A stretch of 63,063 nucleotides of DNA, the filler included, from Octopus bimaculoides (Eukaryota): the NCBI RefSeq assembly GCF_001194135.2. It is 4 parts of 4 records of this genome, joined end to end, with 100 filler letters (N's around TTAATTAATTAA, not from the genome) between each part and the next. Parts side by side here need not be neighbours in the genome. Positions count along the whole stretch, not along the records: positions 19,825 to 49,862 come from NC_069004.1; 3 more parts are not named here. The stretch is one strand, 5' to 3'. The notes beneath the pieces are model-generated. The model searched no databases and had not been told where the DNA came from. It saw nothing but the letters and a program-made list of their open reading frames with translations. Shown here one piece after another: positions 35,871-47,378 of the stretch. The position numbers and the translations under genes were made by a program. Within the stretch, counting starts at the first letter, position 1. Each line of letters begins with the position of its first letter.

Positions 35871-36561
35871 AAGGAGAATCTTTTAAGTTGTGTAGAGGAT
35901 AACGATCGGGCGTGGTGATAGCATTAAGTCTCCTGTAATCACCAACGGGTCTAAAATCCGCTTCACCCTTCGGAGCTAAGTGTAGCGGAGATGCCCAAGG
36001 GCTAGTAGAAGGACGTATAAGACCGAGCTGGAGCATGTGCTCGAATTCAGCGCGGGCTTTCTTGAGCCTGTCTGGTGCTAATCTACGTGGACGAGAGAAA
36101 ACGGGTAGACCAGTTGTAATAAAATGTTGAGTCGAGTGGACTGTCTGAGTAGGCTTAAATGAGAGATCCGTTAACTCGGGAGACGAGGCAAGAAGAGTAT
36201 GGAAATGGTTACTGGCATCATCTACAAAAAATGATGGGCTGAGGGTAGCAGCGATAGATTCGCGTGCAGGCGTAGATAAAGATGTGGTAGTATCCACAAG
36301 TCTCTGTTTCCTGACATCTACCAGGAATGAATAGTGGTGTAAGAAGTCCGCCCCGAGAATAGGACGAGGCAGGTCGGCGATGACAAAAATCCATTTAAAA
36401 TTTCGACGCAAGGCAAAGTCTAGAGTTACAGATATCTGCCCGTAGGTTTTGATGGGAGACTGGTTCACCGCGTATAAGGAAATACTGGATAACTGTGGCT
36501 TGTTAAAGCTGAACCGTAATGGCAAAATACTGCAACTTGATCCTGTATCGACCATAAACAA
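35869..36561 (-). pseudogene. Element B protease and RT N-terminus
   Basis: FMVDTGSSCSILP; SPWASPLHLAPK...RPVGDYRRLNAITTPDRYPL; truncated. Confidence 0.9.
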
Positions 36562-36645
36562 CCTGTCTGAGACTAGGTCCCTAATGAAAAAAGCACGATT
36601 AGCTTAAGTTGTTAGAGAGGTCTGACGTGCTCAGGCTCTCTAGGT

Positions 36646-37373
36646 TCAGTTTTCCGACACTTTAAAAGCATAAGGCTTGTTACAATGACGTGCCTTGTCG
36701 TGAAAACGTGCGTGGTACCAACACACCGAAGAATTGTTGATTGAAAAACTGTTGCGTCGTTGAGAAGAGAAAGACCGGCTTCGCGAACGCAGTCTAACTC
36801 GATAGAATTTAGCTATTTGGCGCGTTAAACCATCGATAGCCTTTAACATGGCGTCTCCATTTTTAGTATCAGGTTGTTGTTGAGAAGACAATGAATCAAT
36901 AACCGAAGCAGCCGCGGTGGGTCTGTGAGAGATTTTCATTATCCTATCTGCAGATGAAGCGATTTGGTCTATAGAGCTGGTGTCAACCATATTCGCCAAT
37001 ATCGTCTGTACAATAATTGTTTTACGAAGAAGCTGTCCTCAGGTGTATCGTCACTGAGTTCTAGGATCCACTTAAGAAATTCCGAAGGAGTTCTGTCACC
37101 CAGGCTCTCATCTTGTAACAATGCACGGAATCGGCTTTCTGATGATTTAGAATTTCTGCGTAGTACTTCTGTTCTTAAAGAATCGTAGGTTATGCCTTGT
37201 GGACGATCTGTGATATCTTTAACAGTGTCTGCTAAAATGGCGGGAATGCCACTAATAAGCACGTGTAGCTTTTGTTGAGCGGCTTGTATTCCACGTGCTG
37301 TGAAGTAAGAATCAAGCTGTGCAAACCATAGCTTAGCATCACCAGAATAAGCTGGTATGGAAGTGTTACTCAT
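36646..37373 (-). pseudogene. Element B gag (frameshifted)
   Basis: LWFAQLDSYF...LGDRTPSEFL; C-terminal CWYHARFHDKARHCNKP. Confidence 0.88.
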
Positions 37374-37606
37374 GATTATGACACGCTTTTCCAGCGGAGC
37401 ACAGGATGTTCACAGGTATGCTTGTTCAGTTGAAAGGAGACACAATCGTTTATGACAAAGAACAGGCGTGATAAGTGGACTTTCTTGTTTAACGCGGAAG
37501 ACACGAAATTATTTCAAAACTAGAATATCAGAGGAGCTGGTAGAGTAATGTAGAAATTACCTTGAAGAGTGTAGTACGGCGTCAGTTTACCGTGTGCTGT
37601 GGGTTG

Positions 37607-37723
37607 CGTATTCAAACGTCAAGTTCACCATTTTGTAATAGCTAGCGTATTCAAAAGTTGGGTTCCCTATTTTGTAGCGGCTATCGTATTCTAACGTCGG
37701 GGTTACCATTTTGTAGTGATGTC
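37607..37723 (-). repeat. Three tandem 39-bp units of LTR-end stub plus PBS
   Basis: Units start at 37607, 37646 and 37685, each CGTATTC.AA.GT....T..C.ATTTTGTA; unit 3 is the functional PBS/LTR junction. Confidence 0.9.
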
Positions 37724-38199
37724 AGTATGTGACAACCTACAATTTTACAATTATATGCGAGAAAGAGGGATCACCATCTTGTACGTAAAACGATAAGGAA
37801 AATAAGAACTTGTGAGACGTACATAATAAGTCATAACATATTTATTACTGGATGTAATGCGTTAACATATAAGAATGGTTTGAAAGAAAAGGCTTGTAAC
37901 ATATTACATGAACATACTTTGTAATCATATGTCTCAAAGCAAATGATGTAAATATGTGCGCGTGCGGTGTGTGTGCGAGTGGTGCGGCTCAATGCGTACG
38001 CCTAGGAACCGACAGGCAAAAGAGCACGAAATTAGAATTGCGTTCGCTTTATATAAGAGATGAACCGGAAGTCCCTGACTTCCACGTCATCCGGAAGTTA
38101 ATTGAAAGCTTCTAGAATATCGAGAAGGTCGAGGGAGATTATTCTCGTTAGATCCCTTTTTTGTTTTGCCTTCCTTCTTGACCGCCGTGGGTCACTACA

Positions 38200-38438
38200 G
38201 ATGCATTGCTTACAGCTATTGTTAAATATGTTTCAACTAAGTCAATCTTGGAAAACCATCCCCCACCCCACCCATTTAATCTTGTAAATAAGTCTTCGGG
38301 AACAGGTAGTGGATAGCGATGTAGCGCTAATGAATCGTTAAGTCCCGTAGAGAAATCAGCAAATATACGTATAGAGGCATTTGTTTTTTGTCTTTTATAT
38401 ACTATAACAATGGGCGCAGCCCATGATGAATAATTCAC
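38200..38438 (-). pseudogene. Element A RT N-terminal half
   Basis: YSSWAAPIVIV...IRIFADFSTGLND...YPLPVPEDLF...FSKIDL. Confidence 0.9.
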
Positions 38439-38744
38439 TTTTGATATTACATTCCAATTTGCTAATCTATCCAGCTCGTTTTCAACTAGCGATAATTAGG
38501 CATAAGGTACTGGACGCTTCGGCTTGGAAACATGCCTGGCATTTGGTTTAAGATACAAAGATGCAGAAAATTTTGTGCATAATCCTAAGTCAACTTTGAA
38601 AAGTGATTTGAATTCTTGCTGAAAATTTCCAATACGGTTAGTGTATGTAACATGTTCAACGTCAACACTGCCACTCCTTTTTTATATGGGTATGTGTTAC
38701 TTTACGTAGTGGTATATTTCATAACCCAAGTTTCTCAATCCAGT

Positions 38745-39454
38745 CTATTCCGAAGATGTCCAGGTAAGGATTCCCTGCAGAATCCCGAATAAATGGAAGT
38801 CGAGTCTCTGAGTGAATAAAAACATGATGTTTTTCCTTTGATAACCAATGGCTGGTTGGAAGCATTCAGTGGATAAAATGGTTGGTTTTTCGATTTTGTG
38901 CCATGTTTCTTCAGAAATGATGCTATTTTCGCATTTTTTGTTTATACGCCCAGCATATGCAATAAAATCTTCTTCAGGGCGTTTTTCTAATTCCAAACAT
39001 TTACATCTGCTGTTAAACAATGATGTTGTCTCACCAAACATGTTTGTAAGTAGGTCCACTGTAGTTTTAAAGTCAAATTCATTAAGATGTTGGGTATGAC
39101 AAAGTTAAAGTACTTGTATTCAATACTGCCCAATTTCCGTAATAATAGTCTCGCCTTGCTTGAACCATCTAATTCCGCTGCTTCAGTGACAAAAAGATCT
39201 TAGTAACGGTTATACTTGGATGCAAAAGTTAGTTCGTTTTGTTCGTCATATTCAAAGGTATGAAGCATGCCGAAAACGTTTGAAGTAGCGCTGCTTTGAT
39301 AGTTAATCGATGTAGTTGGATTTGACTGCATAAGCTTGGAAGCTAAAGCTGTTAAAATATCCAATTGCTGCTTGTCACGTTGTTTTTGCATTTCTAAGAA
39401 CTCTTGTTGCATGCGCAACAAGTTAATGAGATCTGCATTACTTTCCATTTTCAC
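38745..39454 (-). pseudogene. Element A gag remnant (Mag/K02A2.6-like)
   Basis: FEYDEQNELTFASKYNRY; SLFNSRCKCLELEK..EEDFIAYAGRINKKCE. Confidence 0.82.
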
Positions 39455-39463
39455 TCGTCACCA
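39454..39463 (-). promoter_or_regulatory. Element A primer-binding site TGGTGACGAG (probably tRNA-Ser GCT)
   Basis: 5 nt inside the 5' LTR; one mismatch to TGGCGACGAG; tRNA assignment from recalled eukaryotic tRNA-Ser(GCT) 3' end CCTCGTCGCCA. Confidence 0.65.
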
Positions 39464-39849
39464 AATAATGTTATAACGTAAGACGAATAATAATATTGTG
39501 CTCAGATAATAGCTTTATAAACGAATGAAGAAAACATTGCAACATTTCCAAACTGAAGTGGAAATTGGCGAGCTATAACGTCAATTGTCCACGATGCAAA
39601 ATGAACCGTCTGTACCACAGTAAGTGTGTTAAGGCGAAAAGAGTAAACCCTCAACAATGAGCCTATAGCTTTGTTAAGCTATACGCAAATAAACCCGTGG
39701 AGACGAGAATGTATTTATCAAAGGTTTATATTGTTGCTTCTACTTCTCCACCGGAAGTCCGCCTCGCTGCTGACCAGCTCCCTAGCTAGCCCGCAGCGAC
39801 GTCCCTGTCTACAGTTCGTCTGTCATGAATCCTGTCCTACTGTTCACTG

Positions 39850-41245
39850 TCATTGGAACCGGGAAGACGTTTTAATTGCCCTGCCCGTGCGTGTTGTTAC
39901 TCGGCTCTTTGGTGACTGTTCCTTGTCAAAGGTTGGTGTGATCTGTTTGGGGCGGCTCCTGTTTGGTGGTTGGTCTACCTGAACGGGGCTGTCGATATCG
40001 AGATAGGCTGATTTAAACCTATCAATGGAGACTATGTCTTGTCGTCTGCCAATTAGGAGTTGAAATGATTTGTCTTCCGGATGTATGATTTCATACGGAC
40101 CATCGTAGGGTGACTGGAGGGGTTTTCGTCGTGTGTTACGTTGAACGAACACAAAGTTAGCCGTGCGGAGGTCGTTCGGTACGGATGATCTGGGTATACC
40201 GTGTGTTGGCATGGGAATAGGGCGCAACTAGCCCACGCTGTCTCTCAGTTGAGCAAGGTACCTTTTGACATTCGGATCTGACTTCGTATTCGGAAGGAAC
40301 TCTCCCGGCACTGTAAGAGGAGCATCATACACCGTTTCCGCGGAGGAAGTGTTGAGATTTTCTTTTGGGGCGGTGCAGATTCCCAGCATCACCTATGGGA
40401 GTTGATCAATCCAATTAGGCCCGTTAAGTCTGGTTGTCAGGGATTCCTTCAGGCGGCAGTGAAATTCTCCACTAACCCGTTGGCCTGTGGATGGTAGGCT
40501 GTTGTGCGGTTCATTGTGATTCTAAAAAGGTCACACATGTCATTCTACAACTTTGAGGTGAATTGTGGACCCCGATCGGATTAGATGCTGTCTGGGACAC
40601 CGAAACGGGCGACCCAGTTTGCGGTGAAGGCTCGGCTGACTTCTTGTGTTTCCGTGCCCGAGAGGGATAGCTTCAGACCAACGGGTAGCAGTCTACCGAG
40701 GTCAGTAGGTACGAGCAACGCTGCGAAGGTAGTAGGGGGCCGATAAGGTCGATGTTGACGTGGTTGAAACGGGCCTGTGGTAGTTAATAGTTGCCGAGGG
40801 GTGCTTTAATGTGTTGATGGACCTTGGCTTGTTGACAGGGGATGCAGGTCCTGGTCCATTCCCCACTCTGTTTGGCCATACGGTGCCAGATAAATTTGCT
40901 TGACAGCAGGCGCTGTGTGGCTTTAGTACCTGGATGGGACAGTCCGTGAATGACGTCGAAAAACTTTTTGCGCCTCGCTGACAGGACGATCGGTCGTGGC
41001 TTCCCAGTGGATACATCACACAGTAGGGTTGTGCCGTTAGAGCCAAAGTGAACATCCTGCAAGGAAAGTGAGGTCACAGCAGTGCGGTAGGCCCTAATCT
41101 TGTTATCTGTCTGTTGGGCTGCAGCCTTAGCCTCGTAATCCAGGCCTTCCGTTATTGGGGCTAGGTAGGTGTGAGAGCAGATAGTAGCACGAGAGAGGGC
41201 GTCAGCGACTAAGTTGCTCTTGCCGGTTATGTGTTGCACGTCCAT
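39850..41245 (-). pseudogene. Element C integrase remnant
   Basis: HITGKSNLVADALSR; IHGLSHPG...CIPCQQAK (HHCC); QSPYDGPYEI...VSIDRFK. Confidence 0.9.
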
Positions 41246-41252
41246 GGTGTTC

Positions 41253-42260
41253 TCAGAAATGGCCGATAGCTATCGTTGCTAGCGTGCAGACCAAGGCTCT
41301 GAGAGCTTGCTCATAGCAAAGGTGAGTGGATTGTGCTGCGTTTTTCAGATCAAATGGTATACATATGAATTCGTACAGACCGAAAGGAGTGATCACAGCG
41401 GTTTTCGGTACATCGTCGTCTTGTATTGGTATTTGGTGGTAACCGCGGATGAGGTTGACTTTTGAGAAAACCGAGCACCTGGCTAGCTGGGCTGAGAAAT
41501 CTTGTATGTGCGAAATGGGGTNNNNNNNNNNNNNNNNNNNNNNNNNNNNNNNNNNNNNNNNNNNNNNNNNNNNNNNNNNNNNNNNNNNNNNNNNNNNNNN
41601 NNNNNNNNNNNNNNNNNNNNNNNNNNNNNNNNNNNNNNNNNNNNNNNNNNNNNNNNNNNNNNNNNNNNNNNNNNNNNNNNNNNNNNNNNNNNNNNNNNNN
41701 NNNNNNNNNNNNNNNNNNNNNNNNNNNNNNNNNNCCATATTGTCAAACTCGGCCTTCGCAATAGCAAGTTTGTCAGGTGATAGACGACGTACGCGGCTGT
41801 GCACTGGGGGCCGGTGGTGGGGATGTGGTGTGTCACCCCGTGGCAGGCTGTAAGTTTGGAGAATGTCGGGGTAGTGAGATTGGGACGACGCGCAAAGAGA
41901 TTCGAGAATTTGTCCTCGGTCTGCGAGACGGCTGCTATGCGGGGGTGGGAGCATGTGCAGATGTTGCCAGAGACACGGAAGCGTATGTTGCTGTTGATGA
42001 GTTGTCTCCCATGCAAATCAACCAGTAGCAAGTGCGCTTGAAGAAAGTCTGCCCCGATAATGGGCTGATGGACATCGGTGATAGTGAATGTCCATGTGTA
42101 TTTTTGTTAGCTGATATTGAGAGAAAGGGGGCGGCGACCGTATGCCTCAATTGTGGACCCCTTGGCGGCTGTTCAAGGTTGACTCTGCTTTCCGTAACGG
42201 AGGTCCTTTGCTGACGCCGGGATCCTGCCGACTTCTGCTCCGGTGTCGATTAGGAACCTA
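41253..42260 (-). pseudogene. Element C protease and RT remnant (RT cut after KNAAQS and fused to the end of RNase H)
   Basis: FLIDTG near 42240-42256; RGYHQIP...KTAVITPFGLYEF; junction near 41328. Confidence 0.88.
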
Positions 42261-42690
42261 CGTCCGGAGCTCCGATCGCGGACATAGAGAAGCAATTGAT
42301 CGTGTCTGTCGGCCACCAGGGCATTCAATGGCGGCCGGCCCTGGAGTTTCCCTGAGCCAGTGGTGAAGGGGTCCCGAAGCTACATGGTTGTNNNNNNNNN
42401 NNNNNNNNNNNNNNNNNNNNNNNNNNNNNNNNNNNNNNNNNNNNNNNNNNNNNNNNNNNNNNNNNNNNNNNNNNNNNNNNNNNNNNNNNNNNNNNNNNNN
42501 NNNNNNNNNNNNNNNNNNNNNNNNNNNNNNNNNNNNNNNNNNNNNNNNNNNNNNNNNNNNNNNNNNNNNNNNNNNNNNNNNNNNNNNNNNNNNNNNNNNN
42601 NNNNNNNNNNNNNNNNNNNNNNNNNNNNNNNNNNNNNTCGGGACCGACCCTATGGCATTGACCATAACACCACTGGATAAAAAATGCTTG

Positions 42691-43140
42691 TCAGATGTGC
42701 AGGTCCTTATCTCCGTCTGAATTATGAGGGCCTGGACCTGGGTGATAGTTTGCGGAGGAATATTTTCCTAAACGAAAAGGAAGGTGACTCACGGGGTAAG
42801 GGACTAATGCCAACATCCTGTCCATCAACTCCGAACGCTTAGAATCGCTTAATTCCTCCTCCAGTATCTTGGCTGTCGCTTCTCGTTCGCTGCGCCGGAA
42901 TGTATACACAAGTCTGTTTTTTAATGTGGTGTATTTGTGCGTTGCTGGGGGTTGGGTTAAAATGTCCAGCACCCTTGTTGCCTTGCTTTCATCCAGTGCC
43001 GCTACAACGTACGAATATTTCGTTAGGTCTGCAGTTATTTTGTTTATGATAAATTGGGCTTCCTCCTGCGCGAACCATAGTTCAGCCCTCTTTGGCCAGA
43101 ACTGTGATAGCTTCAGTGTTGTTTTGCGATCGCTTGCCAT
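42691..43140 (-). pseudogene. Element C gag remnant
   Basis: LKLSQFWPKRAELWFAQEEAQF...TKYSYVVAAL...SELMDRMLAL. Confidence 0.9.
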
Positions 43141-43613
43141 GTTTATTTCGATAGCGAGCGCTGTTGTTCTATCGTCGGAGTCATCAGTTATAGCTTTGTT
43201 AAGCTATACACAAATAAACTCGTGGAGACGAGAATGTGTTTATCAAAAGTTTATTACTTTAAGTACACTAGGGCGGTAGCCGCCAGTTACTTCTGTTTAA
43301 ATAATTCAGATTCATTTAACGCTTACTGCTTATATTATGCTGCTTCTACTTCTCCACCGAAAGTCCACCTCGCTGCAGACCAGCTCCCTAGCTAGCCCAC
43401 AGCAAAGTTCCTGTCTACAGCTCGTCTGTTATAAACCCTGCCCTACAAGTCGATGTTTATCTAACGTCATCTGGTAGCGTCCATAAAATGCTTCTTCGGA
43501 CGAATCGACGTAAGCTTAAACAATACACGACGTGAGAGTGAAAAACATCACATGATAGAATTGTGTCCACTTAACAAACAATGTTTTGTGTCGAAACAAC
43601 TCGAGTTGTCTCA

Positions 43614-44535
43614 CACCCAGACAGACGTGGATCGTCTTTACCTTCCCAGAACCCAAGAAGGTCGAGGCTTGATCCAGTTTGAACTTACAAAACTACTACA
43701 TCTGGACTGACCAGCAAACGACGAGATGTTAAAACTTGTTGACAGTCACGAGAGGTGTAAGAAACTTTATTCTATCTTGGAGGAAAACGAAAAATATGCT
43801 ACTGATTTCCTAAATAATACCCAGGTTGAACAGCCTGAGAGAAATGTGGCAACTGTTGTTGCAAACAAAGTAACATTAACGCCAAAGTAAAAAAGAGCAT
43901 GAATAATTGGCTAGTCGATGAGAGCAGAGACTTCACATGGCATATATGTGGCCAGCAGCAAACAAGCTGATGTTGACCAGAAGTGCATCTATCAGCGGTT
44001 ATGAAGCTCAGGGCTAAAGGTAGAAAGCGAAGGCTTCATCTTAGCTGTTCAAGATCAAAGATTATTGACCCGGAACTACCGAGCCAATGTAATGAAAAAT
44101 GGAGTAGATCTAAAGTGCTGATTCTGCTATGATGATGCTGAAATAGTGGATCACCTAATCTCTGGATGTAATGTTTTAGCACCAGTAGAGTATAAATCAA
44201 GGTGTGAAAGAATTGTCAATATTCACACTGGTTAATATGTCGGCATTATAAAATCAAAATTGTTGACAAGTGGTATAGCCGAGAGGGAAACTGTAACGAT
44301 CTTTTGAGACTTTCTTGTCCATGTAGACATTGTTGTTGTAAAAGATCAAAATAATAAAGTCTATTTATTGAGCGACATGAGTATCTCTTATAATCATGAT
44401 ATTGCACTAAAACTATTTGACATTCTCAGAAATTATAAAGATTTGCTCACGGAAATCGAAAATATATGGCATCTCAAGGCGGTTACAACATCAGTGATTG
44501 TAGGAGTACTTGGAATGACGGAAAATGGAACTGAA
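43614..44535 (+). mobile_element. Dong/R4-type LINE piece D1b (thumb, CCHC and RLE remnant)
   Basis: DVDRLYLPRTQEGRGLIQ; SEGFILAVQDQ; KC*FC...DHLISGC; KAVTTSVIVGVLG. Confidence 0.88.
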
Positions 44536-45413
44536 GGTAGTAGGTATAGATATTTAGGGATCTTGGAGCTGGATAACATTCTACATAGAGAAATGAAAGT
44601 CAAGGTCAGCGAGGCGTATCAAAAAAGGGTGAAGATGGTGTTGAAATCTAACCTGAATGCCAAAAATTTTATTACTCCACTGAATATCTGGGCAGTTGCG
44701 GTGATCAGATATAGTAAGTCCATCCTCAAATGGACTAAGGAGGAAATATCAACACTGGATAGAAGGATGAGAAAGTTGATGACGCTGCATGGGGCGCTAC
44801 ATCCTAAAGCAAATGTAAACAGACTGTATATGAAAAGAAAGAATGGTGGCAGAGGACTAATTAGTACAGACCATTGTATAAGGAGTGAAAGGAGAGCGCT
44901 TGCCGAGTATTTGATAAATAGTGATGAAGACCAGATGCAATATGCCGTGAAAGATATGGGTGTAAATGCAGATGAAATGATGGGCGAGGAAGAGTTTAAC
45001 CAAAGAGCCGAGGAGAAGAGAAAAGAAGACCTTGAAATGAGAATGCATGGACAGTTTGAAAGGAATAAAGAGGTCATAAAGGGTAATACAGCATTGTCGG
45101 CATGGCTTGAGCGAGATGATTTGAAGCGTACCACTGAAAGCCTGTTCACTGCTGCACAATAGCAGGCTCTCGCTACCAAGTCGGTGAAGAATAACATTTA
45201 TAAAATTTCTGACTCCCAGAAATGCAGACTCTGTGGAAATAGCGTATTGAAACTTCAAGACTTCTTAAGGCAACTGGAAATTGATGTCTTGCAAAAAGCA
45301 GCCTTATTAGGCACAGTACACATCTTAAGGAAAGTATTAGCTGTCTGAGGTCCTTGTTGTGACTAAAGACTCCGGTGCATTTTTATATGTGTTACGAGGG
45401 AATAATAATAATA
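44536..45413 (+). mobile_element. Dong/R4-type LINE piece D2 (different subfamily; internal RLE deletion; (AAT)n tail)
   Basis: YRYLGILE...LHPKANVNRLYMKRKNGGRGL...MHGQF...CRLCG, then LQKAALLGTVHILRKVL; AAT tail at 45399-45413. Confidence 0.88.
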
Positions 45414-46118
45414 ACTTACCAGAACATCCTACCCAAACTTACCACAATATCCTACCGAAACTTACCAGAAGATCCTACCAAAACTTACCAGCACAAACAT
45501 GGGAAGACATCACAATAGCAGACCTAAGGATAATACTCACGAAGACTCATAAGTGGAAATCTCCTGGTAATCATAGGGTGCCAAATTTCTAGCTCGCCTT
45601 GCTCCCGTGCGCACAAGAAAAGTCAGTCCTGTTATTCAATGAAATTATGAAAGATCCTACGAAAACACCTGATTGGTTAGCAAGGGATATTACTTATCTA
45701 CTCCCGAACAATAATGAAATCAAATTTCCCCAAAACTATCGGCCCATAACATGTCTATCTACCACGTATAAAATTTTAACATCCATGCTCGAGGAGAAAA
45801 CATACAAATTTATGGAACAGAACGATATTTTCGCCACTGAACAAAAAGGGTGCTGACGAGACTCATATGAATGCAAAGACCAACTCTTAATCAATCGCAT
45901 GATCCTTGAGAAATGTCATAACAAACGTAGAAATCTCGGTTCCGTATGGATTGATTATAAAAAGGCCTTTGACAGCATTTCGCATTCATAGATTTTGAAA
46001 TCGCTGGATATCTTCAAACTTTCTCCTGTGATTTCATACTTCCTGAAGCACATGTCAGTGTGGAATACGAATCTCCAATGATATACCACTCTAATGGAGC
46101 ACTGACCACAAACAATAT

Positions 46119-47378
46119 TGATGCGACCACCGAAAATACAAATTAATGTGATATCCCTATCTCCCGAGCTGGGTTTTGAAACCATGTTCTGGTTGTTGGT
46201 GACAATGGCATTTCCTTTGTCTTGTCAACTACCACAGCTATTTTTAGCGTAGGAGTGATCGCTGACCCTTTCCGGTCAGCGAAAGTTCAGAAAAACAAGA
46301 TAGGATTTGTACTGAACTGATCCAGCTTTGGGAGGGGGTAAAGTAACACTATTGGGCTACGGTATTTGTGATAAATACGAGAACAGGAATTGGCGCGAGG
46401 CAGTTGGCCGAGGATTTGGGTAGCAGTCGAGTTGGCGAAGGCGAGTTGGCCAGTCAAGTTGGCCGAAGGAGTTGGCCGGGGGTAGTGGGATCAGGCAGTT
46501 GGTATCAAGCGAGTTGGCCAGTCGAGTTGGCCGAAGCAGTTGGTGAAGGCAGTTGGCCTGGGAGTTGGATGAAGAACGTCAGCCAGTGAAGCTGAACAGT
46601 GATAAGTCTGGCAGAGAGAGGCCGAGAGAGAGGGTCTATAGTCAGCAGGTACGAGTAAGCAGAAATGCATAGAGTCTCAGAGAGAGAGGGACAGAGAGAT
46701 GGGACTGTTGCGGCAAGCAAAAGAAAGTAGTAGGCTACTTTGGTCAGTTCTTGTGAGAGCTTTGAAAGAAAGGAAATTATTACAGTAAAGGTTTGTGTAA
46801 ATATTCTTCCAAGAAAAATGTACTTGTTACATGTGTTAAAAGAGATTTCGTTAATTGTGATGTTAACTTAAAAGAAAAGAAAAGAAAGAACTTTGTTACA
46901 TGTGGGGTAACTGAAAAGAAGACAAAGAAGTGAAAAAACTTTTAAAGGACTTGATGTACGAACTCGTGTTTATGTAATGATTGTAAACCTTTGATTATGT
47001 TGCATGCGCTATTATATGCTATTGAATTTATTGTTACGCAATGCTATGTTTTGTATCGATGTAATGTTTTATTCTGATGTTTGATGTAAAAAGAAAAAGT
47101 TAGTTCCGCTACCCAACGTATGGTCTCCGTGTTATTTCTTCCTCTCCTCCTTTTGCCTGTTGTTCTTCGTTGCGTGCTCCGGCCGGGGCTTATTGGTGGC
47201 CGTGGCNNNNNNNNNNNNNNNNNNNNNNNNNNNNNNNNNNNNNNNNNNNNNNNNNNNNNNNNNNNNNNNNNNNNNNNNNNNNNNNNNNNNNNNNNNNNNN
47301 NNNNNNNNNNNNNNNNNNNNNNNNNNNNNNNNNNNNNNNNNNNNNNNNNNNNNNNNNNNNNNNNNNNNNNNNNNNNNA
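46119..47378 (+). mobile_element. Probable solo LTR (or collapsed LTR element), about 1.09 kb of visible sequence
   Basis: Starts TGATGCGACCACC and ends GGTGGCCGTGGC[gap]A (imperfect inverted termini); CAATAT duplicated at 46113-18 and 47379-84; removal restores the in-frame LINE reading TNNINITCG. Confidence 0.7.
46400..46570. repeat. Cluster of about 11 AGTTGG(C) motifs inside the LTR
   Basis: Directly visible recurring CAGTTGGCC/GAGTTGGCC. Confidence 0.85.

Larger units (their letters stand above)
34552..38199 (-). mobile_element. Ty3/Gypsy LTR retrotransposon B, CsRn1 clade, internally deleted, 3648 bp
   Basis: TGT...ACA LTRs 34552-35051 and 37712-38199 (about 89% over about 310 bp); TSD GATG at 34548-51 and 38200-03; PBS TGGTAACCCCGACG; gag with CWYH..F...A.HC..P motif; PR VDTG; RT joined directly to the IN C-terminus. 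Confidence 0.93.
39664..43447 (-). mobile_element. Ty3/Gypsy LTR retrotransposon C, CsRn1 clade, internally deleted, inserted in the 5' LTR of A, 3784 bp
   Basis: LTRs 39664-39840 (82-bp shorter) and 43189-43447 (about 90% over about 170 bp); TSD AGCC/AGTC; PBS TGATGACTCCGACG at 43173-86; gag LSQFWPKRAELWFAQ, PR FLIDTGAEV, RT and IN remnants. Confidence 0.92.
31822..43613 (-). mobile_element. Ty3/Gypsy LTR retrotransposon A, Mag clade, carrying two nested insertions (about 4.35 kb when reconstituted)
   Basis: LTRs 31822-32188 and 39469-39663 plus 43448-43613 (about 88% over about 190 bp); TSD CACCC at 31817-21 and 43614-18; PBS 39454-63; PPT 32189-32200; gag, RT, RNase H and IN remnants on the minus strand. 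Confidence 0.92.

Noticed and set aside
37607-37723. 39-bp array as a CRISPR array
   Set aside because: Eukaryotic retroelement context, repeats are tRNA/PBS-derived, variable part is only about 8-12 nt, and there are no cas genes
46400-46570. ORF 46368-46589 and AGTTGG motifs as a repeat protein or CRISPR
   Set aside because: Irregular spacing inside an LTR-like insert; no coding signature
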